DNA from: Monocercomonoides exilis PA203
Taxonomy: Eukaryota; Protista; Preaxostyla
Direction: 5' to 3'
Length of the DNA: 64,000 nt
Assembly (NCBI GenBank): GCA_001643675.2
Contig: LSRY02000018.1
Coordinates: forward strand, 62,001-126,000
Below the pieces are notes generated by a model. That model did not search any database and had not been told where the DNA came from. It worked only from the letters and a program-made list of their open reading frames with translations. Below are positions 1-14,034 of the stretch, piece after piece. A program made the translations under genes and the position numbers. Position 1 is the stretch's first letter, and every line of letters begins with the position of its first letter.

Positions 1-3000
1 AATGAAAATGAAGAAGAATTTGAAGAGGAAGAAGAGTAGGAGGAAGAAGTTTGAGGGGCAGTATGATAAACAGAAAGAGAGCTAATGATTTGAGGGGTAG
101 AAACAGCAGAAGAAGGGAAATGTGATTGAGATGGAGAAATTGAATGAACACGAGGAGAAGAGGAAGAGGAAGAAGAAGAGAAGGAAGAAGAAGGGGTAGA
201 AGAAGAAGAAGAAGAAGAAGAAATGGAAGAAAGATGAGCAATTGGGAGAGAAGAAGCAGATGGAAGAGAAAGAGAAGGAGGAATAAACGAAGAATTAAAT
301 GAAGCTCTTTTTGCATTTGAAAGTTTCAAATTTTGATTATTTGACATTATTTTCATGTCATTTTCAGTTTTCAACGAACTGTCATGTTCTACAATTCTTA
401 TTTTAGCCATTTCATTTCCTTTTTCTAATTCATTATTAACATCATCACCTTTATCATCATCATCATCTTCTTCTTCTTCATCATATAAACCCGAAAAGTT
501 ACCAGAAGAATTTAACTCATCCAAATTCCTGTCATTTTGCTCAGAAATGACAGGCAAATCAGAATTTGACATGAACGAAGGGAAATTCTGTGATGGCGAA
601 GAAATCAATTCTTCTATTCTTCTATTGCCATCTTCTTCTTCATAATCTTCATCAATTTCTTCTTTTCTCCCTTCTTCTTCTTCATATTCTTCCTTCTCCT
701 TCTCCTTCTCTATTTCTTTTTCTTTCTTCTTTTCCTTCTTCCTCTTCCAATTCATCTTATTCATTCCATTCACTTCTGACTCACTTTCTGTATCTGTTGC
801 ATATGTAACATCATCCCCCAACTGCAACACCAAACTGCAATCCTTCTTTAATTGTGCAGATTTTGACATGTCTTGCATGTTTTGATGTTCCTGTTTAGGC
901 ACTGGATACTTCATGTCACCGTCGCTCTCATAGCAGAGCTCGGAATCGTCAGCAGTGTTTTGATGTTCTTGTTTAAGCACTTCATGATTGTTACAATTAT
1001 CATTATCATAACTATTATTATTATTGTCATTAGTTTTATTATTCTTCTCTATGTTCTTATGCAATCCTTTCTTTTTCATAGAATGCATGCTTCTTTTGCC
1101 TGATGGATGATGACTAGAAGAAGAATTAGAAGAAGAAGAAGAAGAAGAATTTAAAGAAGAAGAATTTGAAGAGGAAGAAGAGGCAGAAGAAGCAGAATGA
1201 ACAAGATGATGTGAAATTTGTGTTGTTTTAGGGGAAAACTCATCAGAAGAAGAAGAAGAATTAGAATTATCACAAATATCAGTTGAATATCTTGTTAACG
1301 AAATCACTTGAACATTTAGAACATTATCATTCTTTTCTCCTTTTTCTTCTCTTTCTTCTTCTTTTATTTCTTTCATAATTTGATTGACTTCTCTTTCTTC
1401 CTCTTTCTTTCCTTCTTCTCTTTCTCTTTCTCCTCTTCTTTCTCCTTCTCTTCCTCCTTCTCCCTCTTTCCCATTCCCTTTCCCATTCATCCCCCCACTC
1501 AATGAAGAGCATCTATGAATCGAAGAGAAAGAAGGGTGATTTTTGAGAGAAGGGGCAATTTGAGAAGGAAGAGGAGAGGAAGAAGGAAGAAGAGAAGAAA
1601 GACACAAAGAAGAAGAGGAGAAAATGGATTGACGAGGAGAAAGAGAAGAGGAAGAGGAAGAAGAAGAAGAAGAAGAAGAAGAAGAGGAGGAGGAGGAGGA
1701 GGAAGAAGATGATGATGAAATTGAAGGTAAATAATGAGGTACAGAAGAAGAATGAGAAGAAGAAGAAGAAGAAGAGGAAGAAGAAGAGAAGGAAAGCAAA
1801 GGAAGTTGAGGGGTAGAAGCATAAATTGAACGTTTTTGAATGGAATTTTTGTGTTTGGAATGCAAGTTGTAATGCTGGTGATGATGTTGAGAAGAAGAAG
1901 GAGAAGAAGAAATGTGATGATGTTTATGTGAACGAGTTGAAGGAGAATGAGAATGCGAAACAGAAGAGGAAGAGGAAGAAGAAGAAGAAGAAGAAGAAGA
2001 AGGATGATTATGATGATTATGTTGATGAATGGACAAATGTGATTTGTGATGGTGCAGATGATTCGAGTGATGGCTGCTGATTGATTCGTCGCGTGGAAGA
2101 AGCTGATAACTTTGTGTGTTCTGTCTGGAATGAACAAGAGATGAAGAAATATCACTGAATTCCCCTTCATCCAATTCATCTCCATTATCTTTATTAGAAT
2201 AATCATCATTGTTTTCCTTTTGCAGTGTGTTCATTAAATCATCATTAAAATGATCTGATACTGTTTTGTGTCTATTTTTGTGAATGGAATTGTTAGATGG
2301 CCACAAATGTGCTTTTTCTATACCTTCTCCTTCTTCTTCTTCTTCTTCTCTGTTATCTCTATTATTTTCCCCTCCATCCTCATACTCCCACATCCTCTCC
2401 CTCTCTGCCTCCTCCTTCTCTTTCCCAATCTCTTCCCTTCTCTTCCCCCTCTCCTTCTTCCTCTCCTTTTCTCTCTCCCTCTCCTTCTCCCTCTCCACAT
2501 TCCTCCTCCTCCTCCTCCTCTCCTTCCTCTGCTTCCTCGAAAACCTTCCTCGATGCTGCCTCGTCTCATACTCCTCTGAGCTGCCCTCTCCAAACTCCTC
2601 CAGCAGCGGCAGTGCGAGCTCAGTCTTTGACGGCCGCAGCCTCAGACTCATCCACCTCCTTTCCTCATTCTTCATCTCCTCCACTTTCTGCTGAATACGC
2701 GCCTGCAGCCATTCTGAATGCTCCCTCCCCTCTGGCTCTGACGATGTGATGCCCTCGTTCTCAGACGTCTCTTCACTCAACAGCGGGCCGTAGCTGCCAA
2801 ACTGCTGTGCTCCGGCTGATTCTTCTATCAATTCGTCGTTCTCTTCGGGCCATTGTGCTTCTTCTGACAGCAGAGGAAATTCGTCATCTTCCTCGAAATC
2901 GAATTGATCGGGATCGGAATATGTCGGAGTGGATTGCGGATGAAATGAATCGTCGAGAACGAAGTGGCTGCTTCCTCCAAGCATCATCAGAAGCGCATCT

Positions 3001-3586
3001 CGTTGTCTCTGTTGCTCTTTTTCTCTTTCAGTTTTCGTCAAGTTTGTACGTTCATCAAGATATGGAACTTGTTGTTGGAAAGTATTTGAGAATTCGTTCG
3101 GCTGCATTTGAAAAGTCAACGAACTGGGTGATAGAGGTTGAGTGATACTCAGTCCTGGTGTGTTGTTAACGTATAAGTCCATGATTTGTGAAGGATCTTG
3201 TATGGACGGCGGCTTGACTTGAGACGATATCAATCCGAGAGCAATCGATAAGTTTTCTCGATCCTATAATAAGAAATAGAATATTTATTTTTGTTAAATA
3301 TGAATATCAACGATATTTCAACTTATCAAACCTCAGGCGCAAGAGATGGATTTTGTAGGATTTTTTGAAGAGAATGTGCAATTTTGTTTGCATCCGATAA
3401 ATTTATTTGACCATCATTTTGAATTTTTTGAGGAGAAAGAGAATTTGTTAACTGATTTTCTGTTATATTTTTTACAAATAAATAATTAATCGAAAAACAT
3501 TGTTATACAAAAAATGTAAAATAACATCAAAAACAATTTTTCAAACCGTTCTCTTTCGCCATTTCTGTTAGAGATGGGTTCGACAT
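1..3586 (-). CDS. Large low-complexity (Ser/Glu/Pro-rich) hypothetical protein, 3' end beyond the window edge
   Basis: ATG at 3586 (MSNPSLTEMAKEN). Two GTTTGA..AG introns (3546-3460, 3331-3264) join in frame to an exon from 3263 (DRENLSIALGLISSQ...). That frame appears open to position 1; the ORF track lists no stop-terminated ORF in it. Confidence 0.7.
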
Positions 3587-3762
3587 TTAGTCAAACTGCT
3601 TGCCAAAACTTTCTTCAAATGAGCGAAACTTAAAATATCTCTTTCAAAGATCAATAAGAAAAATAATAAATGTTCAATAAATGAAATAACTTAAAAACAA
3701 GTCCAATGTCAAAGGATATTATATCCATGCAAGTTTCATTGCTCATTTATTAACTTTGCAAA

Positions 3763-6700
3763 ATGATAACCATTATCGTTTTATTTGTCATTCATATGGC
3801 AATCGTTCTTTCTTCATTTATTTTTTTCTTTATTTGGGTTTCTCATAGCATGGATCGTTCCAAATTCGAGAATCCGCAGAATGCATTATTTTATACCAGT
3901 AACAGAGATTTTGAAGGGCTTAAATCACCTTTCATTTTAATTCCTGAAATAACAGTTAACACTGATTCAATTGATGGGAAAATATTTAATCAACGCGATA
4001 ATGTTACATTGCCATATCATATTGATTTTTATATACATGGCATATTTCGCGTTTATCTTCGAGAAAGTGAAGCAGGTTATCGAAGACCTGAACTTGAAAA
4101 TGTCCTCATTAACAAAATTCAAAAGCAGACAATACAAAGTGAAAAGGATGAAGAAAAACAGATAATCACATTTGGGCGTTATAAATTAAGAATACATTTT
4201 GAAAAATTCATATTTGAACTTATTGATCGAAATGAAGTTATAATGGAGATAAATCGACACAAATTGTTTAGTTTTGAACACTTCACAACGGAAATCATAA
4301 ATCAAAATAGAGGAGCAAAATCATTAGGTTTGGAGTTCAGTTTTGTTGGGGCGAAAAGCGTTTATGGATTGCCCGAACATGCATGCTCATTCCGATTGCC
4401 AATGACACGGTTTGATATAAATAATGTTTTCAAAAAAAATTGACTGTACACTATAAATAAATTTTTTATATTTCGATTGTGTCCACATTTTATTGTTTAG
4501 CGGATCAACTGCAACCGCAAAAGAACCAATCCGATTGTGGAATCTGGATGTATTTCAATACGAAACCAATTCCGTATTTCCATTGTACGGAGCTGTTCCC
4601 CTCATCATTGCACTTCCAGAATCTCAGCAAGATGCGAGTCTGAAGCCCAGTCAGCGCGGATCATTCACCGGTGTTTTGTGGCTAAACAGTGCAAACACGT
4701 ATGTTGACTTGAGCGAAGAGATTGAGAAGAAGAAGAGCGAAAGCACTGCTTCTCCCCCTTCAGAATCCGTCCACACAATCCACAGCCATTTCATTAGCGA
4801 GACTGGACTGATGGACTTCGTCGTATTTGCCTCTCCTTCTCTCTCTGAGCTCATCTCCTCGTATCATCTGATGACAGGCGTGCCTGCTTTTCCTCCTCTT
4901 TTTTCACTGGGCTTCCATCAGTGCAAGTGGAACTACGAAGACGAAGCCGACTGTCTGACTGTGATGCAGAAGATGGATGAGGCAGACATACCCTTCGATG
5001 TGCTCTGGCTGGACATTGAGCACACAGACGGGAAGAAGTATTTGACTTGGAATTCGCAGAAGTTTCCCGACCCTGCCAAGATGCAAGAGAAGCTGGCAGC
5101 TACTGGGCGGAAGTTGGTGACGATCATCGACCCCCACATCAAGAAGGAAGACGGGTACCACGTGTACAGCGAGGCAAAAGACAAGGGATTCCTCATCCGC
5201 TCGCCAGGCACACCTTTGGCCTCTCCGAAGGATGGAGCGACATTCGAAGGGCATTGCTGGCCAGGGAATTCAGTGTATCCTGACTTCATGTCTCCTGAAG
5301 TAAAGAAGTGGTGGGCAGGGCTGTTGACTGCGGAGAGGTACAAAGGAGCCACGCCCATCACCCACACGTGGAATGACATGAATGAGCCCACCGTGTTCAA
5401 TCACTATGAGCTGACTATTCCGCGTGATGCAGTCCATTTGGACGGCAGAGAGCATCGCGAAGTGCATAACGCGTTTGGGCTGAACTACGTGATGTCCACA
5501 TACGAAGGTATGCACCAGCGGATGAAGGGCTGCAGATCGTTCATCCTCACCCGCTCGTTCTTTGCCGGCATCCACAGATACGCTTCTGTGTGGACGGGGG
5601 ACAACCAGGCAAAGTGGGAGCACCTGCAGACGGCGGTGCCGATGTTGTTATCGCTTTCCTTGTGTGGAATTCCCCATGTTGGTGCAGATGTTGGAGGATT
5701 CTTCTTCCACCCTTCACCCGAGCTGATGACACGATGGCTGCAGATGGCTGCCTACCAGCCGTTCTTCCGCTCGCATGCCCATTTGGACTCACCCAGAAGA
5801 GAGATCTATTTGTTTGACGAGCCGTGGCGGTCGAGGATGGGGGCAGCGGTGAAGGACAGGTACCAGATCCTGCTCTACCTGTACACGCTGATGGCGCAGA
5901 ATGCAGTGAGCGGGGCGCCTGTGATGCGTCCGCTGTGGATGGACTTCAGCGATATCAACTTGGGATTGAATGAAGAAACGATGTTGGACTCAGCGGGGAC
6001 TACAAGCTTTATGCTGGGAAGAGATCTGTTGGTTGTGCCTGTGACAAAGGAGGGGGCGAAGGAGGTGACGTTTCCACTTCCACTGAGAATGAAGAAGAGA
6101 GAGGGAGATTTTGCTTCTTGTGAGAAGGATAATGCAGAAAAGAAGGAGGGAGATGAGGACAAAGATGAGGATATTCCAGTGAAATGGTTTGATCTGCACA
6201 CATATGCTGAGATCAGCGCTTCTTCTTCCTCTTCTCCTTCTTCCTCTGATTCCAGCTACGAGCTTACAGTTCCTGTGAGCATGGAGTATATTCCTGTGTT
6301 TGTCAGGGGTGGTTCTGTTCTTCCACTTTGGCTGAGAAGCAGAAGATCGTCTTTTCATCAACTAGAAGATCCAATCACACTGCTGGTGGCTCCAGATTAC
6401 AAGGTGTGTGCATGTGGAGAGAGAAAGAAAGGGAGAAAGAGAAAAAAAAGATAGACAGAGAAAGAGAGGAAATGAGAATGAAAACCATTTGTTTTAGTTT
6501 TATGGGATACTTTTTGATTTGTTCAAAAAAGCCTAGCAAATTTTCTTTTGTGTTCTTTTCCCCAATTCTTTACAAATTATTATTATTATTATTATTATTT
6601 TTCTTTTCTTTTCTTTTTTCTATCTTTCTTTCTTTATTATTATTTTTTTCCTTTTTCAATCTTAAATTATCAATTTATTAATTTTATTTCATTATTATTC

Positions 6701-7355
6701 ACCACAGAATTCTGCAGTAGGCCACATCTTTATTGATGATGGACGCACACACGCGTGGGAGCTGATAGGCAACTATCTCTATCGAGAAGTCAAATACACA
6801 CAGACATCTGAAGATGCTGCTGTTATCACGTTCAAAGCAGCTCCACTGCCTTTTGGATTATCTCTTAAGAATGATACATCATCATCATCATCATCTTCTT
6901 CTTCTTCTTCTTCCACTCCACAATCTTCTTCTTCTTCTTTCTCTTCTTCCTCTTCCTCTTCCTCCAAAAGACTCAATCTTCCCACCAGTGACGATATCCT
7001 CTCACTCAAAGAAGACATCCTCAACTCAGCCAAAGCAGCAGCCAAATCAGAAGATCTTTCATCTTTCTTCAATCCACCAGATTTCCCTCCTTCCTCCTCT
7101 TCTTCTTTGCCTCGCATCGTCCATTCAACTTGGGATTCCATTCAGAATAACAGCAGAATCGATGTGGTGAGACTGTTAAATCAGAAGAAAAGCCCGAAAA
7201 ACGTGAAGTTTGTTTCAATGAAGGAAGGGAAGAAAGAGGAGAAAGAAGAGAAAGAGGTGAGGTTTGTGTTTAATGAAGTGTTGAGTGTTGTTGATGTGGT
7301 GATGCCGAAGGAATCGTTGACAAAAGGAGAGTGGGAAATTCATGTCAGTTTCTGA
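3763..7355 (+). CDS. GANAB: Glucosidase II alpha subunit / neutral alpha-glucosidase AB (GH31), 3 exons
   Basis: Hydrophobic N-terminus then MDRSKF. Motifs YGLPEHA, LWNLDVFQYE, FHQCKWNY, WLDIEHTDGKKY, nucleophile WNDMNEP, acid/base WTGDN, GADVGGF, FFRSHAH, GHIFIDDG. Exons 3763-4409, 4501-6403 and 6708-7355 are joined in frame by GT..AG introns. Confidence 0.93.
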
Positions 7356-8016
7356 GGAGAAGGAAGAAGAAGAAGAGAAGAATAAAATAAAATAAAATAA
7401 AAAATCTATTTTTTTAAATGAAAAAATGGAAATAAATATCAGAATAAACATACGCTTTTTTTCAATTATTTAACAGAAAAGAATGAGATTAAGCTTTCTT
7501 TTAATCTCATTTTTTTCCAGTTAAATAACACAACATCGCGTGGTGAAATAATCCAATATTGAATTGTTTGTTTGGGTGAGGAAAAAGAAATTTTCATAAA
7601 AAATTCAAAAAAATTGCGTAAAAATGATAAATGTTGTTTTTGTAATTCTTTTGAAGATAAGAAGTTGATCATTTACATTACAAAAAGAAAGAAATGAAAT
7701 GTGATCTTGAAATGAAAAATAAAAAAGGTTTTTAAAAAGAAAAAAAAAATAAAAAGAGGTTACTTATTTTTCATTCTGAAATGAGAATGATGATAAGTTC
7801 AGCTAAGGAAACAGCTCAAGAACAAGAAAGAGACTGAAATGTTAGAACAATCGAAGAAGATGAGTCAAAAAATCAAAAATCAAAATAAAAGAAAATCATT
7901 AAGATTCACATTTGCTTGGAACAAAGCTTTCCAAAAAGAGAGCGAGGAAGAGCTAGTAACAAAGCAATCTTCAAAAAGAAAAAGAAAGAAGCAACATAAT
8001 TTCTTTTTTAGGACCA

Positions 8017-8190
8017 TTTCTTCTTCTTCTTCTTCTTCTTCTTCTTCTTCTTCTTCTTTCTTCTTTCTTCTTTCTTCTTTCTTCTTTCTTCTTTCTTCTT
8101 TCTTCTTATTCTTATTCTTATTCTTCTTCTTATTCTTCTTCTTCTTCTTCTTCTTCTTCTTCTTCTTCTTCTTTCTTCTTTCTTCTTTCT
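8017..8190. repeat. (TTC)n/(TTCT)n microsatellite downstream of the katanin p80 stop
   Basis: Directly visible pyrimidine-rich tandem repeat. Confidence 0.85.
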
Positions 8191-8247
8191 TTGTATCTAT
8201 CTTTCTATCTTTCTTTCTTTCCTTCCATTTATTAGAAGACTCTCCAA

Positions 8248-10663
8248 TCAGCACCCAAGCGAATCCAGAAGTGCAGACAATGTAGCTGCCTCCACAAACA
8301 CCGGCTGTTTCTCTTTTCTTCTTTCCATAGCCACTCCAAGCATCGTCTTCAGCGACGCATTGATGTCAGCCAGATAGAAATGCGCTGTTTGGCATTGCTC
8401 TTTCCTGAAATAATATTAAAAATATGAAAATATTGTAAAAAGAAAGAAAGAATGAAAAAAACATAAAAGAAAGAGAAAACAATTAATAGAAATTAGTATC
8501 AATTGGAGAAAGTTATTTAATATAATTAACATATTATTTATTTATAAATAAAAAAAAAAATAAAATAAAAATAAAAATAAAAACATTTCATTCCATTCAC
8601 ATATTCATCCAATAAGATACATCTCTTCTTTCTTTTCCCCTCTTTCTCCCCTCTTACTCCCCTCCTCATACTTTTGATCCTGCACATTCACCGGCGTCGC
8701 ATCCCCCTTCACTCCACTCGCTGCCCCAATCTCATTCTCAATCATCTGCCCATACGCCTTCGCCACAATCGCTGTGGTGTGGATGGCTGTAGCTGAGTGC
8801 TGCTCCACTGGGCTCAGCACCAAACTCGACAGACGCGGGAGAAGAAGACAAGCTGCCCCAAACGAATATGCTCCTCCTCCTCCTCCTCCTCCGCTTTTCC
8901 CTTTACTTCTGCCCTTTTTCTGGTTCAGCACTCTTAACACATCCACAACTGCTGCATCGTCTCCACACAATGCAGATGAAGCCATCTTCTTCGCTTCACC
9001 TCCTTCTCCTCCACCTTCTCCACCTTCTCCTTCTCCAATCCCTGCTTCCTCATCCAAATAGCATGCTTCCCCTACACCCACTGCCCCATCGCTGTTCCAC
9101 ACGCTCCTCAACGCAGCAATGTTTGAGTGTCTCAGCTGCAAAGTACGAAGAATGCGCTTATGCGGCTGAAGAAGAAGAGAAAACATGGATGAATCAGAAG
9201 AGCCATCAATTGCATTTGTTGCTTTGCCATTCTCAACAGAAGAAAGAGAAGAAGAAGAAGATGAAGAAGAATACCCCATCAACCTTCCCCCTCCCACAAA
9301 ATGTGTGCTGTCAGCTGGGAAAGAAGACAGCTCTCCCGCCGAATTGTCAATCAGATTCAACAATGACACGCCATCCACATTTGCCACAAACGAGCCAGTT
9401 GAATGAGTCCCTCTGATTGATTCCTTTCCTTCCCCAGCTGCTCTCCTCTCTCTGCTGCTGCTGCTTCTGCCTCCTCTTCCTCCTCTCCCTTCTCCTTTTC
9501 CTCTGCTTCCCCCTCCGTCTCTGCTTCCACTCGATGCCCTCTGTTTCCCCATTGCCGTGTTTCTATTGGAAACAGAAGAAGGTCTGTTGGATTTCAAAGA
9601 AGGAACAGCTGAATGCGAAGAAGACTGCGGAATCTTTCGAATCTCTCCTTTGCTGCTTCGGTCAATAGAGCTGCTACGGGGTCGCTTTGAAGCAGAAGAG
9701 GAAGAAGAAGAAGAGGAAGAGGAAGAAGAAGAAGAAGAAGAGGCAGTTGAATTACTGCGATGGGAAGAGAGAGGAGGAGTGGGAGTGACAGAATGAGAGT
9801 GGGAGAGAGAAGAAGGAAGAGAAGGAGAAGAGGAAGAGGAGGAAGAAGAGGAAGAGGAAGAAGAAATTGAAGCAGAAGCTGTTTTTGGAGGTGTTTTCTT
9901 CGCTGCCTGCTGCAATGATGCTATTTTTGGTGGTGAAGACGAAGGGGAAAGCAATTCGTTCATTCCATTTTGCTTCTCTTTCTCCTTCTCCTTCAACTTC
10001 ATCTTAAACTCCTTAATCTGCTTATCCAAATCTGACATTGACACTTTCTCCTCCTTCTTCGCTTTCTCTTCTCCTTCCATCTCTTTCTTCTTCTTCTGCA
10101 GCTGCCTCTGCAATCTTCTCAGCAAAAGCGGGTTTTTTGGCACGCCATCAGGAAGTTCTACACCTACCTCTGCTGCAAGTTCAAGCACTTCTCTTTGAGA
10201 AGACTGAGAAATGACAGAAGAGGAAGAAGAAGAAGAAGAGGAGGAGGAGGAGGAACGTGATGATGAAGGAGGAGATGGATGAGAATCGTCAATGGAAGAG
10301 AGGGAAGGAGATTGTTGAGCGGATGATGTGTGAATTGAAGAAGTTGAAGGAGAAGAAGAGGAAGAGGAAGAAGAAGAAGAAGGCAAATGAGAAGGAGAAG
10401 CAGTTTTGATAGCTCTTTCAGGCTTTTTTGAGGAAGAATTTTCAGTCTGAGAATTTGCAGTGGCTGCTCGGCCATCTGCTTTGTGTGGTGTGTTAGAGGA
10501 AGAAAATGGTTGTTTTTTTGATGGAGAAGGAGAAGAAGAATGAGAAGAAGAAGAAGAAGAAACAGAAGAAGAGGTATTTGATGTGTCCAAGGAAGAAATG
10601 TGAGATGGAGATGAAGAAGAAGATGAAGTGGAAGAAGAAGAAGAAGAAGAAGAAGAAGAAGAA

Positions 10664-10695
<32 letters not shown>

Positions 10696-13585
10696 AGAAG
10701 AGGAAGAAGAAGAAGAAACAGAAGGGGAAGAGGAAAGTGAAGTGGATGAAGTGCGATGATGTGAGTGAGATTTAGCAGAAGGAGAGGAAGAAGAGGAAGA
10801 AGAGGAAGAAGAGGAAGAAGAGGAAGAAGAAGAAGGAGGAGGAGAAGTATTAGATGCAGATGCAGATGCAGAAATAGAAGAAAAATAAGAAGAAACAGAA
10901 GAAGAAGAAGACTTTTCTTTGCCTTCACTGTTTAATGAAGAAATCACATTTGCTATTCCTTCATTCCCTTCCTTCCCTTCCTTCTTCTCATTCCCTTCAA
11001 CCGTCTCAGTCTTCTTTTGTGTGGCAGAGAATGGAAAATGCAGCGTCCTCTTTGTCATCCGCATCGTCGGCATCATCTGTGGCTCTTTCATCAAATTAGC
11101 TTCTTTCTCATCACTTCCTCCTTCTCTTCCTTCTCTTCCTTTTTCTTTTTCTTTATCATCATCTTCTTCTTCTTCTTCCTCTTCCTCTTCTCCTTTGTCC
11201 ATCTTTCTCAAATGTGATTTCCCTTCCTTCGCTTCCCTTTTCCCTTCTCCTCCTCTTCCTCCTCTTTCTCCTTCTTGATCTTCATCAACCCAATCTGAGT
11301 GTGTTGTATTCAGTGCCTCTTCATCAAACATCATCGAATACTCTTCTATCTTCTCGTTGCTGTCTTCACTTTCTTCACTTTCTTCTTTCTCTTCTTCCTT
11401 CTCCTTCTTCTCCTTCTCTTCTTTCTTTTTCCTTTCTTCTCCTGCCAATAAATCAGAAGAAGAATGCTTCAGATCTTCATCCACAAATTCATCGTCTTTT
11501 TCTCCTCTTGTTTCATCAGAAATATCTTCATTTGTTTCTGCCATTGAATCTTCAAATGAAGAAGACAAAGAAGAAGAAGAGGAGGAGGAGGAAGAAGATG
11601 AAGGTGATGGCGGTGATGATGACGATGAAGGAAAAGACAAAGCCGTACGTGAAGAAGGAGATTTCAATGGAGAATCCACATAATTATTTGAAACAACTGG
11701 AGAATTCGAACTCGAACTTGAATTTGAATGAGAAAGAGAAGAAGAAGAAGCAGGAGAAGCACTAACATGTCCGCCATAAGAGCCATGAGGAGTGTGCTGA
11801 CTCTGCTGGTGCTGCTGCAATTGCACAGGCGATGGCACATTTGGTGTCGTCCCCACAGACAAAGAAGGCAGCCGTGTAGGCGTCTTCCACTCCCGCCTCG
11901 TTTTCCGCACAACACTCGGCGTGGAGAAGGCGCTGCTGTCAGAAGAAGAGGAAGAAGAAGAGCTTTGCTCACTGGATGCCTGCGATTGAGATGGAAAAAC
12001 ATATGCAGAGGAAGAGGATGAAGAAGAGGAGGAGGAAGAAGAATAAGCAGAAGCATCTTTCCCTTCTTTCCCTTCCTGCGCTATCGACGCCTCAAAGCGC
12101 GCCATCCGCTTCAGCTGCTGTCTCTCCTTCTGCTCGAACTGCTGCTTCCATGGCTGAAAGTGCTTCATCCCTGCTGTCCACACCGTCAGCTGCTGGTCCT
12201 TCGCACACCCAATCATCATCACGTCATCGTCCACTCGCAAATCACACACACGCCCCATCGCTGCCGTCACTCGGTCGCACATCGCAGGGCCCAACAGCAT
12301 CCCTCTGCTTCCTCCTCCTCCTCCACCACCACCTCCACCTCCTCCTCCTCCTTCTCCTCCCAGTGGTGAAGCCTCCCACCGCCAGAAGCGCACCGCCTCT
12401 TCCGACCCAACACACAGCACCTCGCCGTCGGCGCCGGCAAACTGCAGCGAGCGGATTTTTGTGGTGTCTGGCGGGATGGAGGTGATGAGAGAGAAGGTTG
12501 TCAAATCGAAGATGCGTGTTGTCCGGTCGCTGCTCCCAGTCGCCATGACCAGCTCGCTCGGGTGGAGGGCAATGGCATTCACTGGGCCTGAAAGATCGGG
12601 TTGTAAAGCAAAGGAAGAAAAGAAAAGAAAGAAAGAAAAATTCGTCAAGTTCGAATTGTTCAGAAATTTGAAAAGAGGAGAAATATTAAGTTAATTGACG
12701 CTGAGCATCGAAACGGGTTATGAATGTTCCATACCATCGTGCTTGAATGTTTTGATAACTTTGCCTTCATAAAGATCCATTACGCAGCATAGTCCATCAT
12801 CACCTCCACTAAAAAGCCATCTGCCGTCGGGACTAAACTGCACAGTGTTCACATTATTTCTATGCAGTTTGTACGTTTGAACACATTGGCGAAGCTGCAA
12901 ATCCCACACTTTCACGGAAGTGTCATTGCTGCCTGTGGCTAGCTGAGCTCCATTCGGTGAAAACGTTACGCAGGCACACGTTTGATGATGACTTGAAGAA
13001 AACAACTTTACGTTTCCACCTTTCATATTTTCAAAATAATTTTCAAATAATAAACTTAAAAAATTGTGCATACTTTTTTGATCTGCAAAATTCCAAACCC
13101 GAAGTCCTCCTCCATAATTTCCAGATGCTATTTGCTGTTCAGATGAATCAAATGCAACACATGTTACTGCAGAAGTATGCCCTTGTAATGTCTGATATAA
13201 TTAATGAGTTACATAGGAATGGAAGAAATTGAAAGAGAATAAAAATATGTTGTCAAACCATGAAGGGTTTTCCTTTTTCTTTGGCCTGTCTTAATGTCCA
13301 TATACAGGTTTTCTTATCTTGTCCGCCAGTTGCAATAATATTTGAATTTTTTGCCACAGCAACGCACAAGATTCCTCCTTCATGTGCTTTACATTCGACT
13401 TCAATGTGAAAAATGAGAAAAATTAGTAATACAGAAAGATTTGAAAAATATTAAATCGTGAAAATTTCACGAAATAAATCATGAAGTGTAACAATTTTAT
13501 TTTGTGAAATGAGAACTCATAATTTTAAGTAAAAATAAACTGTCATACGGAACTTTGATAGCCTCTTTATTGATCTTTCGGACAT
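8248..13585 (-). CDS. KATNB1: Katanin p80 WD40 regulatory subunit B1 with a long Ser-rich linker
   Basis: ATG at 13585. Spliced WD40 repeats: LECKAHEGGILCVAVA..IATGGQDKK, TLQGHTSAVTCVAF, LATGSNDTSVKVWD, VQFSPDGRWLFSGGDDG, ALHPSELVMATGSSDRT. C-terminal con80-like helices (LQLRHSNIAALRSVW, DDAAVVDVLRVL, LLLPRLSSLV). Last exon KEQCQTAHFYL..LDSLGC ends with TGA at 8248-8250. Confidence 0.85.
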
Positions 13586-13849
13586 TTTCGTCTTTCAAAC
13601 AATGTTAGCTATAATGGGAAAATTATTAAAAAGGTATTTTTTTTATTCATTTATTACAAAGTCAAATATTGTATTAATCAATGTTGTTCCATTATATGCA
13701 GAAAATTTTGTCAACCCCAAAACAATTAAAAAAATATTAATTAACAATTGATGAATAAATGATGTCCAATAAGCCTTTGTGACTTGAAATGAAATTTTGT
13801 TCCAAGTCAGTTAGTGACTTGTAGATAACTGAAAAAAAAATAAATAAAT

Positions 13850-13994
13850 AAAATAAAATAAAATAAAATAAAATAAAATAAAATAAAATAAAATAAAATA
13901 AAATAAAATAAAATAAAATAAAATAAAATAAAATAAAATAAAATAAAATAAAATAAAATAAAATAAAATAAAATAAAATAAAATAAAATAAAAT
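13850..13994. repeat. (AAAAT)n pentanucleotide microsatellite, about 29 units
   Basis: Perfect tandem repeat visible in the sequence. Confidence 0.95.
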
Positions 13995-14034
13995 CGAAAA
14001 AAAGATAAGAATGATGAATTTGAAAATTTTTTAT

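Noticed and set aside
355-12694. Many poly-Leu, poly-Lys/Arg and poly-Phe ORFs
   Set aside because: They are alternative-frame or antisense readings of (TCT)n/(GAA)n tracts in real genes or of microsatellites.
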